A stretch of 64,000 nt of DNA from Podarcis bocagei (taxonomy: Eukaryota). The stretch lies in NCBI GenBank assembly GCA_964188305.1, contig OZ076890.1, one strand, 5' to 3'. The notes beneath the pieces are model-generated. The model searched no databases and had not been told where the DNA came from. It saw nothing but the letters and a program-made list of their open reading frames with translations. This document shows, piece by piece, positions 1-13,900 of this stretch; the first letter of the stretch is position 1; every line of letters begins with the position of its first letter. A program made the position numbers and the translations under genes.

Positions 1-2009
1 ATATTTTCCCTTGCATGTTTGCTTTCATGTTTAAGTTGCCTCCCGTTAAAATTTTGAATTCCTATCTTTGTCAGTCCCACTTTAGGAAAATGCTTTCTTC
101 CAGTATCAGTAGAAACATTTAGTGGGAGTGACAGGCTGCTATGATACCACATGCTTGGGTAAAACAAACATTGGCAATGCAATCATTCCACTGGCATCTG
201 CAAGTTTATCTAAAAGAAAACTAATTCCAGGAGCTAAAACCTGGGAAGCTTATTAAAAAACTCACATTCTTTCTCTATAGCTTTTCTTGTTTTAAAGGCA
301 ATGATGTTGCTTAAAAATGTAAAACAACAATACACATAGATTTAGGGCCAAACTACACATTATAATAAGCACGTGTTAAAAAGCATGCTTACAGCTAGAC
401 ATTATTTGCTTAGAATAACCAGCTGCGGGATACCCTGATCCAGACTGGGACATGGTATGGGGAGAGGGGAGGTTTAACCCTCTCAGCCTTACTCTGTTCC
501 CCACCAGATATCCCCCCTTGCTGTTATTTGTTCCTAAAGTTGCTATTTGCAGTCAATAGAATGTGGCTAACTAAATGATGAACTACAAGAGCTATTGTTT
601 TATGGGGTTTGCTCAGAAAATTTCACCAGGAAGAAACCATTTACATCAACTATGTGTATACCTATGCAAGGAGATCTGGGGGAAGCATTTTTCAAAGAAG
701 GAATTCCCCTATGTGAATTCGGCAGTGAGAGTTACAACACTTACTTTCTGAGTGCTTGTTAATATGATGTCACAGGACCGTTCCATCACAAACTGCCATG
801 ACTTTGTAAGCAACTTTCTCAATGGATTGGTTCAAAACATAAGACCCCACCATAGCCTTGGAATAAGCCTTGGGGTTGTAGGCTTCCTCATACTTTGCAT
901 CTTCCCCTCATGTCCATGCTTGTAGCAAACCATTGTCCGTAATTACATCTGAGGCAAAAACAAAACAAAATTATGGCTTTGGTTTTGCCTTGCAAACCAT
1001 GATTGTAAATCCAAGTTTGATCTTGGTTTGCACAGCAAGCACAAATTATTTTACCAGGTTGGTTGCGACAACAAATGATGGTTTGCTGCAAACCAAGAAA
1101 GGACATACTGAATCACAGAGTGCACAAGAAGAGGAGTGGGTGCACAAACTCATTCACATAGTACCCAACCATTGTTTGCTTAGCATCCAAACTGAACCAC
1201 TGTGTAGTATATTGTCAAATGAAACCCCAAAAGGGTTTTGGATGCCAGGGATACTAAAAAACAAACATTTTCTCAGAAATAAAGCCCTTACAGATTTATG
1301 TTTTTGAACAGGATGTTCATTGGCCTGGTGGAATTAACAATGAGACAAAACATCTGCACAAACTCATCTTGGAGGCTTTTGCAGTCATGACAGCAAAACA
1401 GGTCCTAGAATTTATTTACAGAAAACTAGTGGTTGGGTTTTCCCCTCTATTTTTTTTAAGGATCAGGGGACTACTATCTAGTCCTACTGGAATGTTATTT
1501 ATAACAAGCTCCCAATTTAATTCCATCTTATCTAGGCAGTTTAATGCTTCACCACAGAACCAACCACAAGGCCTAAATAATGTACAGCATATTAAACTTG
1601 GGAAAGTACTGTTTTAAGACTTCTACTAAACTGCTGTTTGAAAGCAGATTACTTTTTATTTCACCTACAAGGTTTTAGTATTTTTACCCTTTTTTTAGTT
1701 TGCTTCCTTCCCCTCCCCTCTACTTATTATTTGTAAACTTATTATTGTTGCTCATTTCTGTTTATAAAATAATATGGGCAATATTCAGTGCTAGTCATAC
1801 ACCGTGTTTACATAGAACTAGCTGTTGGATTGTAAACTGAAATAAATGGAGAAGTAACTAATATTTTTAATGTGTCTACTCTGAGTATGACAAATGTTGG
1901 CTATTAACTTAAATCTGGCTTTTTATAATTGTGTTGTTTACAAAAATTTGCCCCAATATATTACGAAATTGGAATTTTCTTAAGGCCAGGTCAGGCATGC
2001 ATAGAGAAG

Positions 2010-2104
2010 CATAGAATCATATACTTGTAGAGTTGGAAAGGACTCCAAGGATCATCTAGTCCAACCACCTGCAATGTAGGAATATGCAGCTGTCCCATAA
2101 GGGG
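2010..2104 (-). mobile_element. Older CR1 3'-end fragment
   Basis: catagaatcata...tagagttggaaaggactccaaggatcatctagtccaacc. Confidence 0.7.
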
Positions 2105-2804
2105 ACCATCTGGTTCTGGGAAGTGGGTGGAGGGAAGCTGACCGCAGCAGAAAGGGAAGATACCCATGACTCTTCACCAGCTTGACTCATTTCTTGGCCT
2201 CCTCCTCTGCTTCAGCTTCTGCCTCCGATTCTGGACTTTTCTGCCACAGACTCTCCCAGCTCACTAAGACCTGTCACCTCTTCAACTTCCGATAAGTCCT
2301 CCTCCCAGACTTCTCCCTCTTTTCTCTCTGATGACTCATTGTTGTGCTGCCCCCTTCCATCTCTGAACCTTCTTCCCTTGATGGTTCCCCAGCTGGTTCC
2401 TCCCACCATTCCTCTGCATCCAACCAGTCCAGGGGGTTGTTGAAGGAAAAATATTATCCAAACATGTAAATAGTGACAGTTTTTATACCCCCTGGTTTTC
2501 AAATAGGATCTAAACACCTGAAGCAAGAAATGGAGGTAAAAGAGATCAATATAACTGCAAATGAAGATACAGGCCAATAAAAGCCTCAATGTAGGACCAG
2601 CATGGATAGCTGGCTTGGGTGAATATCTGATGTTTCCTCCCTTTATGGTTTTGATTTATGGCCTGCTACTAAAATGTGGCTGCATTTAAGCCGTATTTTA
2701 ATTAACTGTTTGTTTGTTGTTGTTTCTATTACGTTTTATTGTAATTGATATTTGGTGTTAGCCGCCCTGAGCCTGGCCCTGGCTGGGGAGGGCGTATAAA
2801 TAAA

Positions 2805-2805
<1 letters not shown>

Positions 2806-2856
<51 letters not shown>
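2806..2856. repeat. (TTA)n microsatellite, probably the tail of an L2-like element
   Basis: Direct reading; preceded by gttagccgccctgag...aataaa. Confidence 0.85.
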
Positions 2857-2857
<1 letters not shown>

Positions 2858-5800
2858 ATGTGTATCCGTGAATGAATGTCAGAATAACAAGCCTTGTTAT
2901 TACTAGTCAAACAAAATCCTGACCTATCTGAAATTTGGTTATGAGTGCTGATGTGAGAATTTTTTGATAGTGCTTCAGATCTTTTGAATATTTACCCCAA
3001 AAAGATGCTATTGCTGTTTTTATGGTGTTGTGGATGCTTTAGCATTGTTGTATAAGAAAGGCAGTCACTTCCTGCACTTCTTAAAAGGTACATAGGTTAC
3101 AGATAATGAGCAATTTCTGTTAAAAACTATTCTTCTTAAATGGCAAGTAGCTGGTTTTTATATGTCTGAGTTCCAGCAAGTATTCTCTATTCCCCATTCT
3201 AATAGCCGTTCAAAAGATGCATTAAAGAACAGGAGCCGGTGATTGATCGTAACAGACTTTGTCATTGTAGTCAAACAGATTTTCCACTCTCATAAAGAGC
3301 AGCTTGCCAACCGCTACAGGGAAACTATTTTTCAAAATGCCGAATGATGCAAGCAGTAAAGTAGTTTGAGTAGGAGTCTTGAAACACGCACGACCATGTA
3401 GGTAACCCTTGGATCAAATATCAGTGCAGTGTGGGTGGTAAAAATTATCAGAGGAAGAGTATGTGGCTCAGGGTGGTACTTGCTGAAGCACAGAGAAACT
3501 TCAGGACTCACTGACACTAGTTTGTGTTGCAGAAAGAGCCAGAAAAGGTGAGAAAACATTTCCAAAAGTAACTCTTCTTGCAACTTCAAGATATAAGAGT
3601 ACTGCTTACATGGAAGAACTCTGCTTAAGCATACCGAGTCAAGTCAAATGTGAAGTGGTGCTGGTTTTGGAGGCATGATATGAATAAAGCAAAGCTAAGG
3701 TAAGTAAATAGATATAAGTTGTTTCTCAAATATAGTATTTTTACTGATGTTATTATTCATAACATTGGATTATCATACTCAAATACATGGGCTGCTTCAG
3801 GTGATTACACTAAGGTACCAACCCTGGATAGAATAAACCAGAAACAGCAGCCACATTCGCTCCCCTTTTTCTTAATACCATCCCTCACACGATGGAGCAT
3901 CACCTTTACTCCAACCAGAGTGGATACACACAAACTCGGAAACAACTGGCAGCCATAAAAGCCTCTGCTGCCACAATTTAAGAAAATCTAGGGACAAGTT
4001 GCATGCCTCCTTTTGCCTGCCCAGTTGCGCTAGCCATAGCATTAGGCAGAATGAGACTGCCGCCTTCGGTGGCAGATTTGGGGCATCATTGTAAAAGCCA
4101 TGAATGGTCAATAAGTTAATCCATTTTATTTTCACTGTAGAGGGAGTGTCATTTGAATTTTCTGCTTCAGCAGGTTCCAAAATATATTGCCTTTTTGCCG
4201 ATTGGTAGATGGAACAATTAAGTGAAGTGAGAGCTAAAACCCCACAAACTTTGTTATGGAAATATAAACCTCCCCCCCCCACTCCAATATTCCCTACAAG
4301 TGATGCCTATCTGCTCCTTCCTTAAAAATTACTGTAGTGCAGTTCATGCTGCACTTGTTAAAACATTTTCTAGGACTGTTGTGTTGCAGCATGTTACTTG
4401 GCAAATAGATAAACAAGTTCAGAGCTAAACAAAGTGCCAGCAAAATATTAGTCTATATATAGCACAATAGTGGTACTGTAGATGTTTTGATTTAGTTGAC
4501 TTACCCGAGCCTAGAAACCAAGCTAAAAAATGAGAAAACGCTGTCAGGAAACTTGTAATTGGATCTGCTTGTTAATGCATGATTGGGCTCATAGACATTT
4601 GTGACCAGATTTATTATTGAGGTAACTCAATTAACCTCAAAAGTGTTGCAGGTGAGATGAATTTGACCTTTGTTTAGTATTAACTGCATTTTATTGGCAT
4701 CTCTGGTATGTTGTTGAAGAGATATCCACAAAGAGTCTGAACTAAATATTGGGTTTTAAAAGGTAGAAAACACCATTCTCACTTATTCGGATGGGGGAAT
4801 ATATGAGAGTAGAGTGGAGACAGCTTTAGGACATCTGATCCTATTCTGTCTTTGAAAGAATATTTCCTTCTTACAAGGCAACACAGGATAAATGGCTATG
4901 ATGTCTTCTGAATATCATACCCTGATCATCATGAGGAACAGAATATTCTGTGCTGCAGAAGATTTGAAATGTATGCTGGGGTACTACCTTGAAACATAGC
5001 TGATGGTGGCTACTAGTTCCCTATACACAGAACTGCATGAATAGACTGAATAAGGAAGTAAAATTCGTATGTCCCTGCACCCTGATATATGTTTTGGGCT
5101 ACCCTATTTCATACATCCCCATGTCTGGAAGACTGCCTGCCCTTTGAGAAGTCATGTGAATGGATGCACAGCTGCTCTGAAAGCTGAGCATGTTCTAGAA
5201 GAAGCAAAAGCACAATATAAGATGCTTGGACCTCAGAATATGGATCAACAAAATTGTAATTCAACCCTGGAAGTAACTGACTTCTAGCACAAAAGCTCAC
5301 GGAAAATAGAGCAAAGCAGCTACAACTTTCTCCAGTCTAAAGAGGTTTACTTGTTAGATCTCTTTCCTTGCCTTTACCATGAGGTCCCAGGAGGATTACA
5401 AATTGAAAATACAGTATTAAAAACTTGCTACTATATTACACACTGCTCTATGGGAGACCACACATGGGCAACTGCCCAAGGACTGTACTTTTTTTCTGCA
5501 ATGAAGACTTGCCAAACAGTTTACACCTCCAAGCAGAAATAGAGCAAGCAGGAAAATGTCACATTGCCATCATTCTAATTCCTATGCAGAGAACATCAGT
5601 TCAACTATAACACTGAGCATACTGTACTAGTGCCTGTCATCTGGCTCTGGATTGTAATATAGTGCAGATCCTCTGAATTATTGGATTTTATTTTGTTCTC
5701 GTATTTTAGTTTTATTATGGTGTATGATGAAGCCAATAAAACTTACTTAACTTGTTGCAAATCTGAATCAGCTGCATGCTGTCCTGACTGAGGCCTGTGC

Positions 5801-6396
5801 ACAGCTATTCTCGAATAAAGGAAGTGCTTAGAAGACCAAGAGGAAAGCTCCAGTCTGTATTCTATGGAAGTTATTGAAAAACTGATTCAAGGCGCATCTC
5901 ATCTTTGGTTAATGCATTAAGGACTGCAAAAGAATTAAAACTGAAGTCTATGAAGTAAGGACCGGTAAAGTTCAGCATTAAAATATGATTGTTTCTTATC
6001 AAAGTTTCAATGTGCACTGTACTTCATAATCCATCTCATTTGTCTTTGCAATGACCCTATGAATTATATCATCATTATTCTCAGTTTTACAGCTAGAGAC
6101 AGCAATGTACCAAAACAACCCAAATTCCTACAGAAGCAGGAATTTCAGCCTAGGACAAATCTCTGCTTGTTCTGCAAAGAGGGTTTCATGGTCTCCAAAT
6201 GTAATTACTGCCCTCAACTCTCAGTAATTTGGGCCTGCTTAGATTGATGGAAACCAGCCATAAATAGACAAGGTAGGAAAATTGTGGGTGTGTACTGTAT
6301 GGTAATAATCATCTTACTTTTATTCTCTGTAGGTTGCAGTCATCAGATCTGCTGATTTAATGAAGTGAGGTTCTTGTGGCTAAGAACACTGTAATA

Positions 6397-7062
6397 ATGA
6401 TGGCAGCATTAGCCCATGGACACCATCTCTTTTTGGTTGGCTTCTTAGGCTTCTGTCTGGATAGTTTTGTACAAGGCCAAAAGAATAATACTCTTATTTT
6501 CACCAAGGAAAGCACGATTCGTAACTGCACATGTCCTGATGATATTAGTGACAATGACTGCGATTACAGTCTGGCAAATCTGATCTGCAATTGCAAGACT
6601 GTTTTGCCCTATACAATAGACAAAAGCTACTACAATAATCTGACAATTTGGTTCACGGAAACATCCATGTTGAGAATGCTGTTGAACTTTACAGCTGTGT
6701 ATGACTTGAAGCTCTCACTATGTGGCACAATTCCTCTGTCAGCAAAATATCTGACCATTTGGGGACTGCGAAGACTACAGATAAAAAGTGAGATCAATGG
6801 CCAGATACGAGAACAAAGCTTAACTATATACAGCAGCCACGACAATGAAGCACAAGGCAAATTAAAGATGCCATGCAGAGACAGAAACATGATCACATAC
6901 ATTGCTGTTTTAGACACCTCTCTCTTCAATGGCTACTCTCCACTAAAATCATACAGTGTGGAAAACATCTCCAACATTACAGACCACTTTCCACATCTGC
7001 CATATTTGGACACGTTCTTCACCACAAATAACAAAAGCTGTATTATAACATTCATATACTAA
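6397..7062 (+). CDS. EPCIP: C21orf62 / EPCIP (exosomal polycystin-1-interacting protein) ortholog, single coding exon, ~221 aa
   Basis: Translation (GQKNNTLIFTKESTIRNCTC..DCDYSLANLICNCKTVLP..LTIWFT..LLNFT..DLKLSLC..LKSYSVENI..TFIY*) matches human C21orf62 as I recall it. Hydrophobic signal-peptide-like N-terminus and 7 N-x-S/T sequons. True ATGs are at 6397 and 6400 (the ORF track starts at a GTG). Splice acceptor tctctgtag ends at 6332. Confidence 0.93.
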   Translation: MMAALAHGHHLFLVGFLGFCLDSFVQGQKNNTLIFTKESTIRNCTCPDDISDNDCDYSLANLICNCKTVLPYTIDKSYYNNLTIWFTETSMLRMLLNFTAVYDLKLSLCGTIPLSAKYLTIWGLRRLQIKSEINGQIREQSLTIYSSHDNEAQGKLKMPCRDRNMITYIAVLDTSLFNGYSPLKSYSVENISNITDHFPHLPYLDTFFTTNNKSCIITFIY

Positions 7063-10000
7063 CACAGTATGCTTGGCCATTTCTATAGAGGAGCCATAGG
7101 CTGTTGCCAGAAATATGATCCTGTAGAAACAGAGCTCCTGCCATTCCTTTAGAAGATGGAATTCCCCAAGGGATTCACTCACTTTGGGGCAACCATGCCA
7201 ATGATGGGAGGGGCCATGCCAGCCATGCAAAAACAATCAGGGTATGAAGTAGGGCTATTGAAGGGCATGGCCTGAGAAGAGCTTTGAGGGCTAGAAATTG
7301 GCTCTCGGTTCCCCACCTTTGCTTCAAACCACACACACAAATAAAAATGTAGAATGAAACCAAATTAGCACTGGCTCTATATTTTCTATTTGAGTAAACA
7401 ATGGGGGAGTTCATTTTCATTCAGAGCTCCTCTGTTAGCTGTCTACAACCTGCTATGTTCAAAACATAGGCTAACTGACAACTTGACTCTTTGGTCCTAT
7501 CTCAAGCAACAAAATTGTTTATAGAGCTCAATAGATTCAACACTAACTCCCAATCATTATTCATCATGAAGTATGCCTTTAAAGTATGCTGTGCTTAAAG
7601 TGCCCAAGCATTACTCTGAACTGGGTCCATAGGATCAGATATCCTAGGATATTGCTTGGCAAATATGGATTGATTTTACCAACATTTTAAATGGGAAAAT
7701 AATGCCATAACATATAATTAAAAGCAGCTACGTTAAAATAAGCACCTAACCAACTTGTAGATGTCCAGTGACAGAGATAAAAATATGTCAAGAGTTATAA
7801 GGGGAGTTGGAATAATTCAGGAAGTTGTGATGAGTTTGCTTGACTAATCTTTCAGTTGAAAGAAATAACTGGTACAAATCCTGAAAACAGGAGGCTTCAA
7901 AACATAACTCATGCAGTAGTTGGATTATTCATATGTCCTGAAATGCATAATTAAATTCCACTATGATAAAAATATAATAAGCCAGCTTCCTGGATGGAAA
8001 AAAAATTGATGGGACAAAGTAGCTGTCCACTTCATGCTATAGACCCATCAAATATGAGCTAGAGATCTAACCATGTATAGGACTCAGCTCTTAAGTTGAA
8101 CACTAATTCAGATTGAGGAAAATATTTTAAATGTCCAGAACCCTTGAAGCAGTGCCAAAAAACCACTTCCAAGATTTGAAGTGTTAAGTACCGACAGCCT
8201 TAAATATGGATAAGTACCAGCTCTTTACAGCACTTGTTCTTCTGTGAAGTTCCATCCCATGATGCTCTATTATATTAATAAACATTTATAAGAGTGCCTA
8301 AAATGTACTGTGCACCGTTCAAATGTTAAAAAGCAAGACTGTAATCCTGCAACCAAACACGGTCTAACACAAAAGGGGAAGGGATCAGGAAGGAAGCTGA
8401 AAACATGCAAACTCAGGTTCTAATTTTTAAACTTAACATACTTGTTCTTAAGAGTGACCAGCTGGAATGGCAAACGTTCAGGGAGAGAAGGAAGCAGCCA
8501 AATAACAGCTGTTTGAATGCTTAAACATGGAAGATCAGGCAAAAGAAATACTTCTTATGCCAGCCATGATCTCACTGGCAGCTGGTGCCACTGGCATGGG
8601 AAATAACCATGCAATTGGCCCTTCCATCATGAAGTTATGCAAGTGTTCTTAGGGCGACCAGTTGGAATGACAACTGTTCAGGGGAGGGAAGAACCAAATG
8701 GTAGTTGCAGTAGTGTTTAGACATTGGCCCAGGAAATGACCATGTTATTGACGCCTTCCCTCATTCAAATATTACTGAAGCAGTAGGCAATGGAGCCATG
8801 AAGGAGTAGGAATCAAACACATCTGTAAGGTTAAGAACTGCCTTGGACAATGATTTAGGTACTTCATGACTTAAGTTTTATTCTGTAATTTTATTAGTAC
8901 AAAATCTAAGTATGTGTAAATTAAAATAAGCAAATTAATGGCTTCATTCCATGTAATTACATTACCCCTCAGTGTACTTCTCAGCACTACACAAGTGGTT
9001 AGCACAAAGCTCTCCAGATCATTGGCTCCTCTACTTCCTCTAGTGTTTCTGCAGTGCTGGATTCTTATGCTTTCAAGCCTCTTCATATATATTACATATT
9101 TAATATACACATTTAAATGTTTTATATGCACACATTAAAATGCAGTGATTGTGGACATCAACTGTATACTCAGTATTGTGTGCCTCATATAGGTAAATGC
9201 ACCTGTAGCTGGGGTTTTCAACTGTATGAGCAGATTAAAACATGTTTTGTTACTGTATGTGTGATCCTCAGAGAGAATAAATCAAAAGAACAACATTCTG
9301 AGCTTATTACTATGTCTTGTTGACCAGATAAAAAACAATGTAGATAAACACAATGTCAAATCAGCAACTTTTGGAAATAATATACGTAACTTTAATGTCA
9401 AATGACTTTCTTATACAATATTCATGATCATATTATTTAACTGTGATGTGGATTTCTCCTTGTAACACCATAGCTCTTGGCATTTGACTACCTGATAATA
9501 ATTACTTATGAGTTACATTGTTTGAGATGCAGTTTGTATTTGGAATACTAAGCTCAGTAAACAGTGTGAACAATAACGTATCCAGTTTTACCAGATGAAA
9601 ATGTTATCATGCACATCAAGTTTTAACTAAGCACAGCTATTTTCTTTGCAGTTTTTACTAATGCCAACTAGCAAGTGATTTTGCTTGAGCTACGTGATTA
9701 TGCTGAATAAAAGACGGTTTTGAAGTATTTTATATTATTTTCTAGTACGCTCTATTTCGAAGCTTCTGTGCAGCTTGCAAATGTGTGTGCAATGAAATAT
9801 TAAAACATATGCCTTTGAGGGACTTTCAATGCAACTAGCTGACTTCTTGCAGGAGTCCTAATTCAGTGCACATTCCTCCTTTAGCCACTTCAGCAACAAC
9901 TGCGGGTGGCAGAGGTCCTATTTCTTCTTACATATAGCCCCATGTTGTTAATGCCTCCTATAGGCTGGGTTCCTCTCTCTCTCACACGCACACCCACACC

Positions 10001-11149
10001 CCCCACACCCCCAATACACCATACTCTATATTGCTCAGTAAACTAACACATTACAGGGACAATTGTAACTCCCTCCCACTCTGCCATAATGGCTTTGTGG
10101 AGCAGTGGAAACACTGTTGTAGCTACAGCAAGGCTGTTTTGGCCAACACTGGCACACGGCAGCCATGAGACTGGCTTAGGATCCAATGGCTCATGGGCCA
10201 GCTCAGCCTTGTCCCTTCCCTTGCAAAGTCACATTTTGGGATTTTCTCTCAGATAAACCAGGAGAGCTAGTTAGAGGGGCAGCTCCACCTAATCCAAACC
10301 CACCCACCTCAACACAGTGTAAGAGGGGTTTGGATTGTACCGCTAGTGAATACACCAATTCCCGTGTAAAAAGTACTGGCATTTAATTCATATCAAAATG
10401 TGAGAAAAATGTAGAGACATGTTCACAGAAGCACTAAGCAGTTAGTCTACATTAGATTTTGACTGAATTTCATTAAATATTATTTCTCAGTGAGACAAAA
10501 GATATTTCCAAGAACAAATTGTGCACATCTATAGCCTTGAAGGAAAGCTTCGGCACAATTCCAGATTCTGATATAAATCTTAATATTTTGATATTGTTAC
10601 TATGTACAGTAGATGAAGCCCTAGTATAATCAGATGAAAGTAGTGAATATCTTAAGAGTCTGCTGCCCCCTAGTAACAAAAATATATATTGCACTAACAA
10701 AAAAGTATTGAACTACAATTGTAGCAATGACAAAATTGTACTGTAATATGAATCCAGAAACTGGGATCAGCTTTGTTATAGCTAATTCTGTACAGCTGTA
10801 TCCTCCAACCAAGCTGATCCCAGTTTCCATATTTCTTTATCATGGAAGGGCATAAGGACAAAGTTACCAATGACCATATTTTAAATCATGAACCTCACAA
10901 TTGCAATGCAGTAACATTTCAGCTGAAATATGAAAGGACAGGAAGTTCACACTAAATAATCTGGAACAAAGAAGCCATAAGCAGAGAACTGAGATATTTG
11001 ACAAGATAAACAATACCGCAACATACCTGTGAACAACACACTCTGGCCAACTTAAAAAACAATGCATTTGGGCAAAACTTTTTCTGAAAATGGCTCATCT
11101 CAGAAACTACACATTCAATATTTTAATGTAGCTGGGACTGAACAGAACG

Positions 11150-11345
11150 TAAGACGTGACAGCACATCTGCGCGTGTGCGGGTCGTGTTTCGCCGCTTCC
11201 GCGTATGCGCGTGATGTCATTTTGACCGTCTGCGCATGCACGAGCGGCAAAACCCGGAAGTAACGTGCTCCATTACTTCCGGGTCGCCGCAGAGCGCAAC
11301 CCGAAAGTGCTCAACCTGAAGCGCATTTATCCCAAGGTATGACTG
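11150..11345. mobile_element. Partial Tc1/mariner-type MITE (right end)
   Basis: CpG-rich gcgcatgcgc/acccggaagta interior ending in aggtatgactg. Confidence 0.55.
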
Positions 11346-12021
11346 TCTTTTGTTATAGGGCCCCACTTGCATTTTCTATTTCTAACCTGGAGAGTGCAGT
11401 GCTTATGTAGCCAAATTAGTGCCCATGGACAAGAGACAGATTCATGCAAGTACAAAATATGACCATGTTAAAAGAGGGGGACTGCATGGGTGGATATAAT
11501 CACATGGGAGAGGAGTGAGGTTCAGAACAAGAGATGGGAGAGGTGAGTGATGAAGAGAGATTCGAACTTTTTTCAGCTAGAGGGCTACATTCCCTTCTAG
11601 AGGCCTTCTGAGAGCCACATGCCAGTACTAATGCAAAATCAGGGTGAACAACAAATAAAAATGTTACCTTCATATAGTAGGCTAGCTTCTACACACACCC
11701 CTCTCTACCTCCAGACAGACAAGGCAAAAGTATTTGGAAGCAGAGAAAGTGAGGGGTGTGGCCAGGGCAGTGTTCCAAGGGTCAGAGAAGCCTGGAGGGC
11801 AACATTTGGCCCTCAGACCTGAGGCTGTCCACCCCTATGCTAAGTGATCAAGGGAGGGATGAGGGGAACTTGAAGTGCTTCTGTGGCTGCCTGGCAGGTC
11901 CTTTCCTACTTGCCCCTTTCCTTCAAAAAGGCAGCCTTAAATAATGAGATGCACCTCTCCCCTCAGCTGGAGGTAGAGAAAGTCCCCTGAGTAGAGTCCA
12001 AGGTATGAGTACTTGTAAAAC

Positions 12022-12116
12022 AGGGATGTAGCTCAAATGGTAGAGCAAAAGGTCTGAGGTTCAATCCTTGGGTGTCTCCAGATAGGGCTGGGAAAGTCAC
12101 CTGCATGAAACCCTGA
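12022..12116 (+). mobile_element. tRNA-derived SINE head (Squam-like), truncated
   Basis: gtagctcaaatggtagagc (A box) and ggttcaatcc (B box); similar to the copies at 30660 and 46597. Confidence 0.65.
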
Positions 12117-13900
12117 TGTCATAAAAGTTGTGGGTTTCTGAGGCAACCAGCCTGACACCTTGCCCACTCTCCTGGTTGTTGAAGGGCATCAGTCACCCTA
12201 AATATGAGCCTCACTTGCATGTCAAGACCCCATAGCCACCCCCTCGTTGGGAAATAACACACACAAGGACATGGGTTTAGGCTAATGTTATTGGGCAAAT
12301 TTGGCCACAACTTTATTGATTACAGAATGTGAGCAGTATTGGCTTAGGCATTGAATGCAGTATTGGCATTAGGTCTTGACTATGCTACCACTCAGTGGAT
12401 TTGTAACTGGCTGACTGACCGAACCCAAAGGGTTCTCATCAATGGTTCCTCTTCATCCTGGAGAAGAGTGACTAGTGGGGTGCCACAGGGTTCTGTCTTG
12501 GGCCCGGTCTTATTCAACATCTTTATCAACGACTTGGATGATGGACTCAAGGGCATCCTGATCAAATTTGCAGATGACACCAAACTGGGAGGGGTGGCTA
12601 ACACCCCAGAGGACAGGATCACACTTCAAAACGACCTTGACAGGTTAGAGAACTGGGCAAAAACAAACAAGATGAATTTTAACAGGGAGAAATGTAAAGT
12701 ATTGCACTTGGGCAAAAAAAATGAGAGGCACAAATACAAGATGGGTGACACCTGGCTTGAGAACAGTACATGTGAAAAGGATCTAGGAGTCTTGGTTGAC
12801 CACAAACTTGACATGAGCCAACAGTGTGATGCGGCAGCTAAAAAAGCCAATGCAATTCTGGGCTGCATCAATAGGAGTATAGCATCTAGATCAAGGGAAG
12901 TAATAGTGCCACTGTATTCTGCTCTGGTCAGACCTCACCTGGAGTACTGTGTCCAGTTCTGGGCACCACAATTCAAGAAGGACACTGACAAACTGGAACG
13001 TGTCCAGAGGAGGGCAACCAAAATGGTCAAAGGCCTGGAAACGATGCCTTATGAGGAACGGCTAAGGGAGCTGGGCATGTTTAGCCTGGAGAAGAGGAGG
13101 TTAAGGGGTGATATGATAGCCATGTTCAAATATATAAAAGGATGTCACATAGAGGAGGGAGAAAGGTTGTTTTCTGCTGCTCCAGAGAAGCGGACATGGA
13201 GCAATGGATCCAAACTACAAGAAAGAAGATTCCACCTAAACTTTAGAAAGAACTTCCTGACAGTAGGAGCTGTTCGACAGTGGAATTTGCTGCCAAGGAG
13301 TGTGGTGGAATCTCCTTTGGAAGTCTTTAAGCAGAGGCTTGACAACCATATGTCAGGAGTGCTCTGATGGTGTTTCCTGCTTGGCAGGGGGTTGGACTCG
13401 ATGGCCCTTGTGGTCTCTTCCAACTCTATGATTCTATGAATGGACCCAGCTATATCTGACTCCTGCCCGATGCGCAGGAAGTCCGGTAAGGGTAAACCAC
13501 TGGAAGGGGGAGCCCTGTCGATGCATACCATCTCGAGTTCCCCCTGGTGTTCCTGTTGGGGTCGTGTCATAGCCCTAGCCCTCGACCCGGGCTTCGGACA
13601 AGATCAACACCCCCAGATTCCTTTAATGGAATACCCTTAAGCATGGAGGGGCAGGTGATGGCCATACCTCTCCTCCCCATCACAAGGTCAAACAATGCAT
13701 CAGAGTCACCCTAAATATGAGCCTCACAAATAGGCAGTAGAGAGGATGTTGAGAAGCAGGTGGCTGGCCTGCTCAAAGGAAAAAACCAGAGGTGCCCTCG
13801 AGGAGTTTGCTGTGAGGTGCCTGGCCCTGCTGCCTGCCCACCTTCACTTACTCCAGGTCACTACCTAAAGAAGACCTTTGAAGGTGCCAACAGGGCCAGT
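12117..13900 (-). mobile_element. LTR-like element interrupted by the CR1 (right boundary uncertain)
   Basis: Begins with TG where the SINE breaks off; reverse-strand AATAAA (ctttattg near 12311); 24-nt internal repeat at 12191-12214 and 13704-13727 on either side of the CR1. Confidence 0.4.
12371..13439 (+). mobile_element. CR1 LINE, 5'-truncated, young (RT C-terminal half plus 3' UTR)
   Basis: Open frame with [21 protein letters not shown] and KFADDTKL; ends in the CR1 terminal microsatellite ctatgattctatga. Confidence 0.95.

Noticed and set aside
12351-13367. Longest ORF (338 aa) as a host gene or domesticated reverse transcriptase
   Set aside because: Starts at TTG, lacks the endonuclease and N-terminal RT motifs, and ends in a CR1 3' UTR; it is an ordinary truncated LINE.
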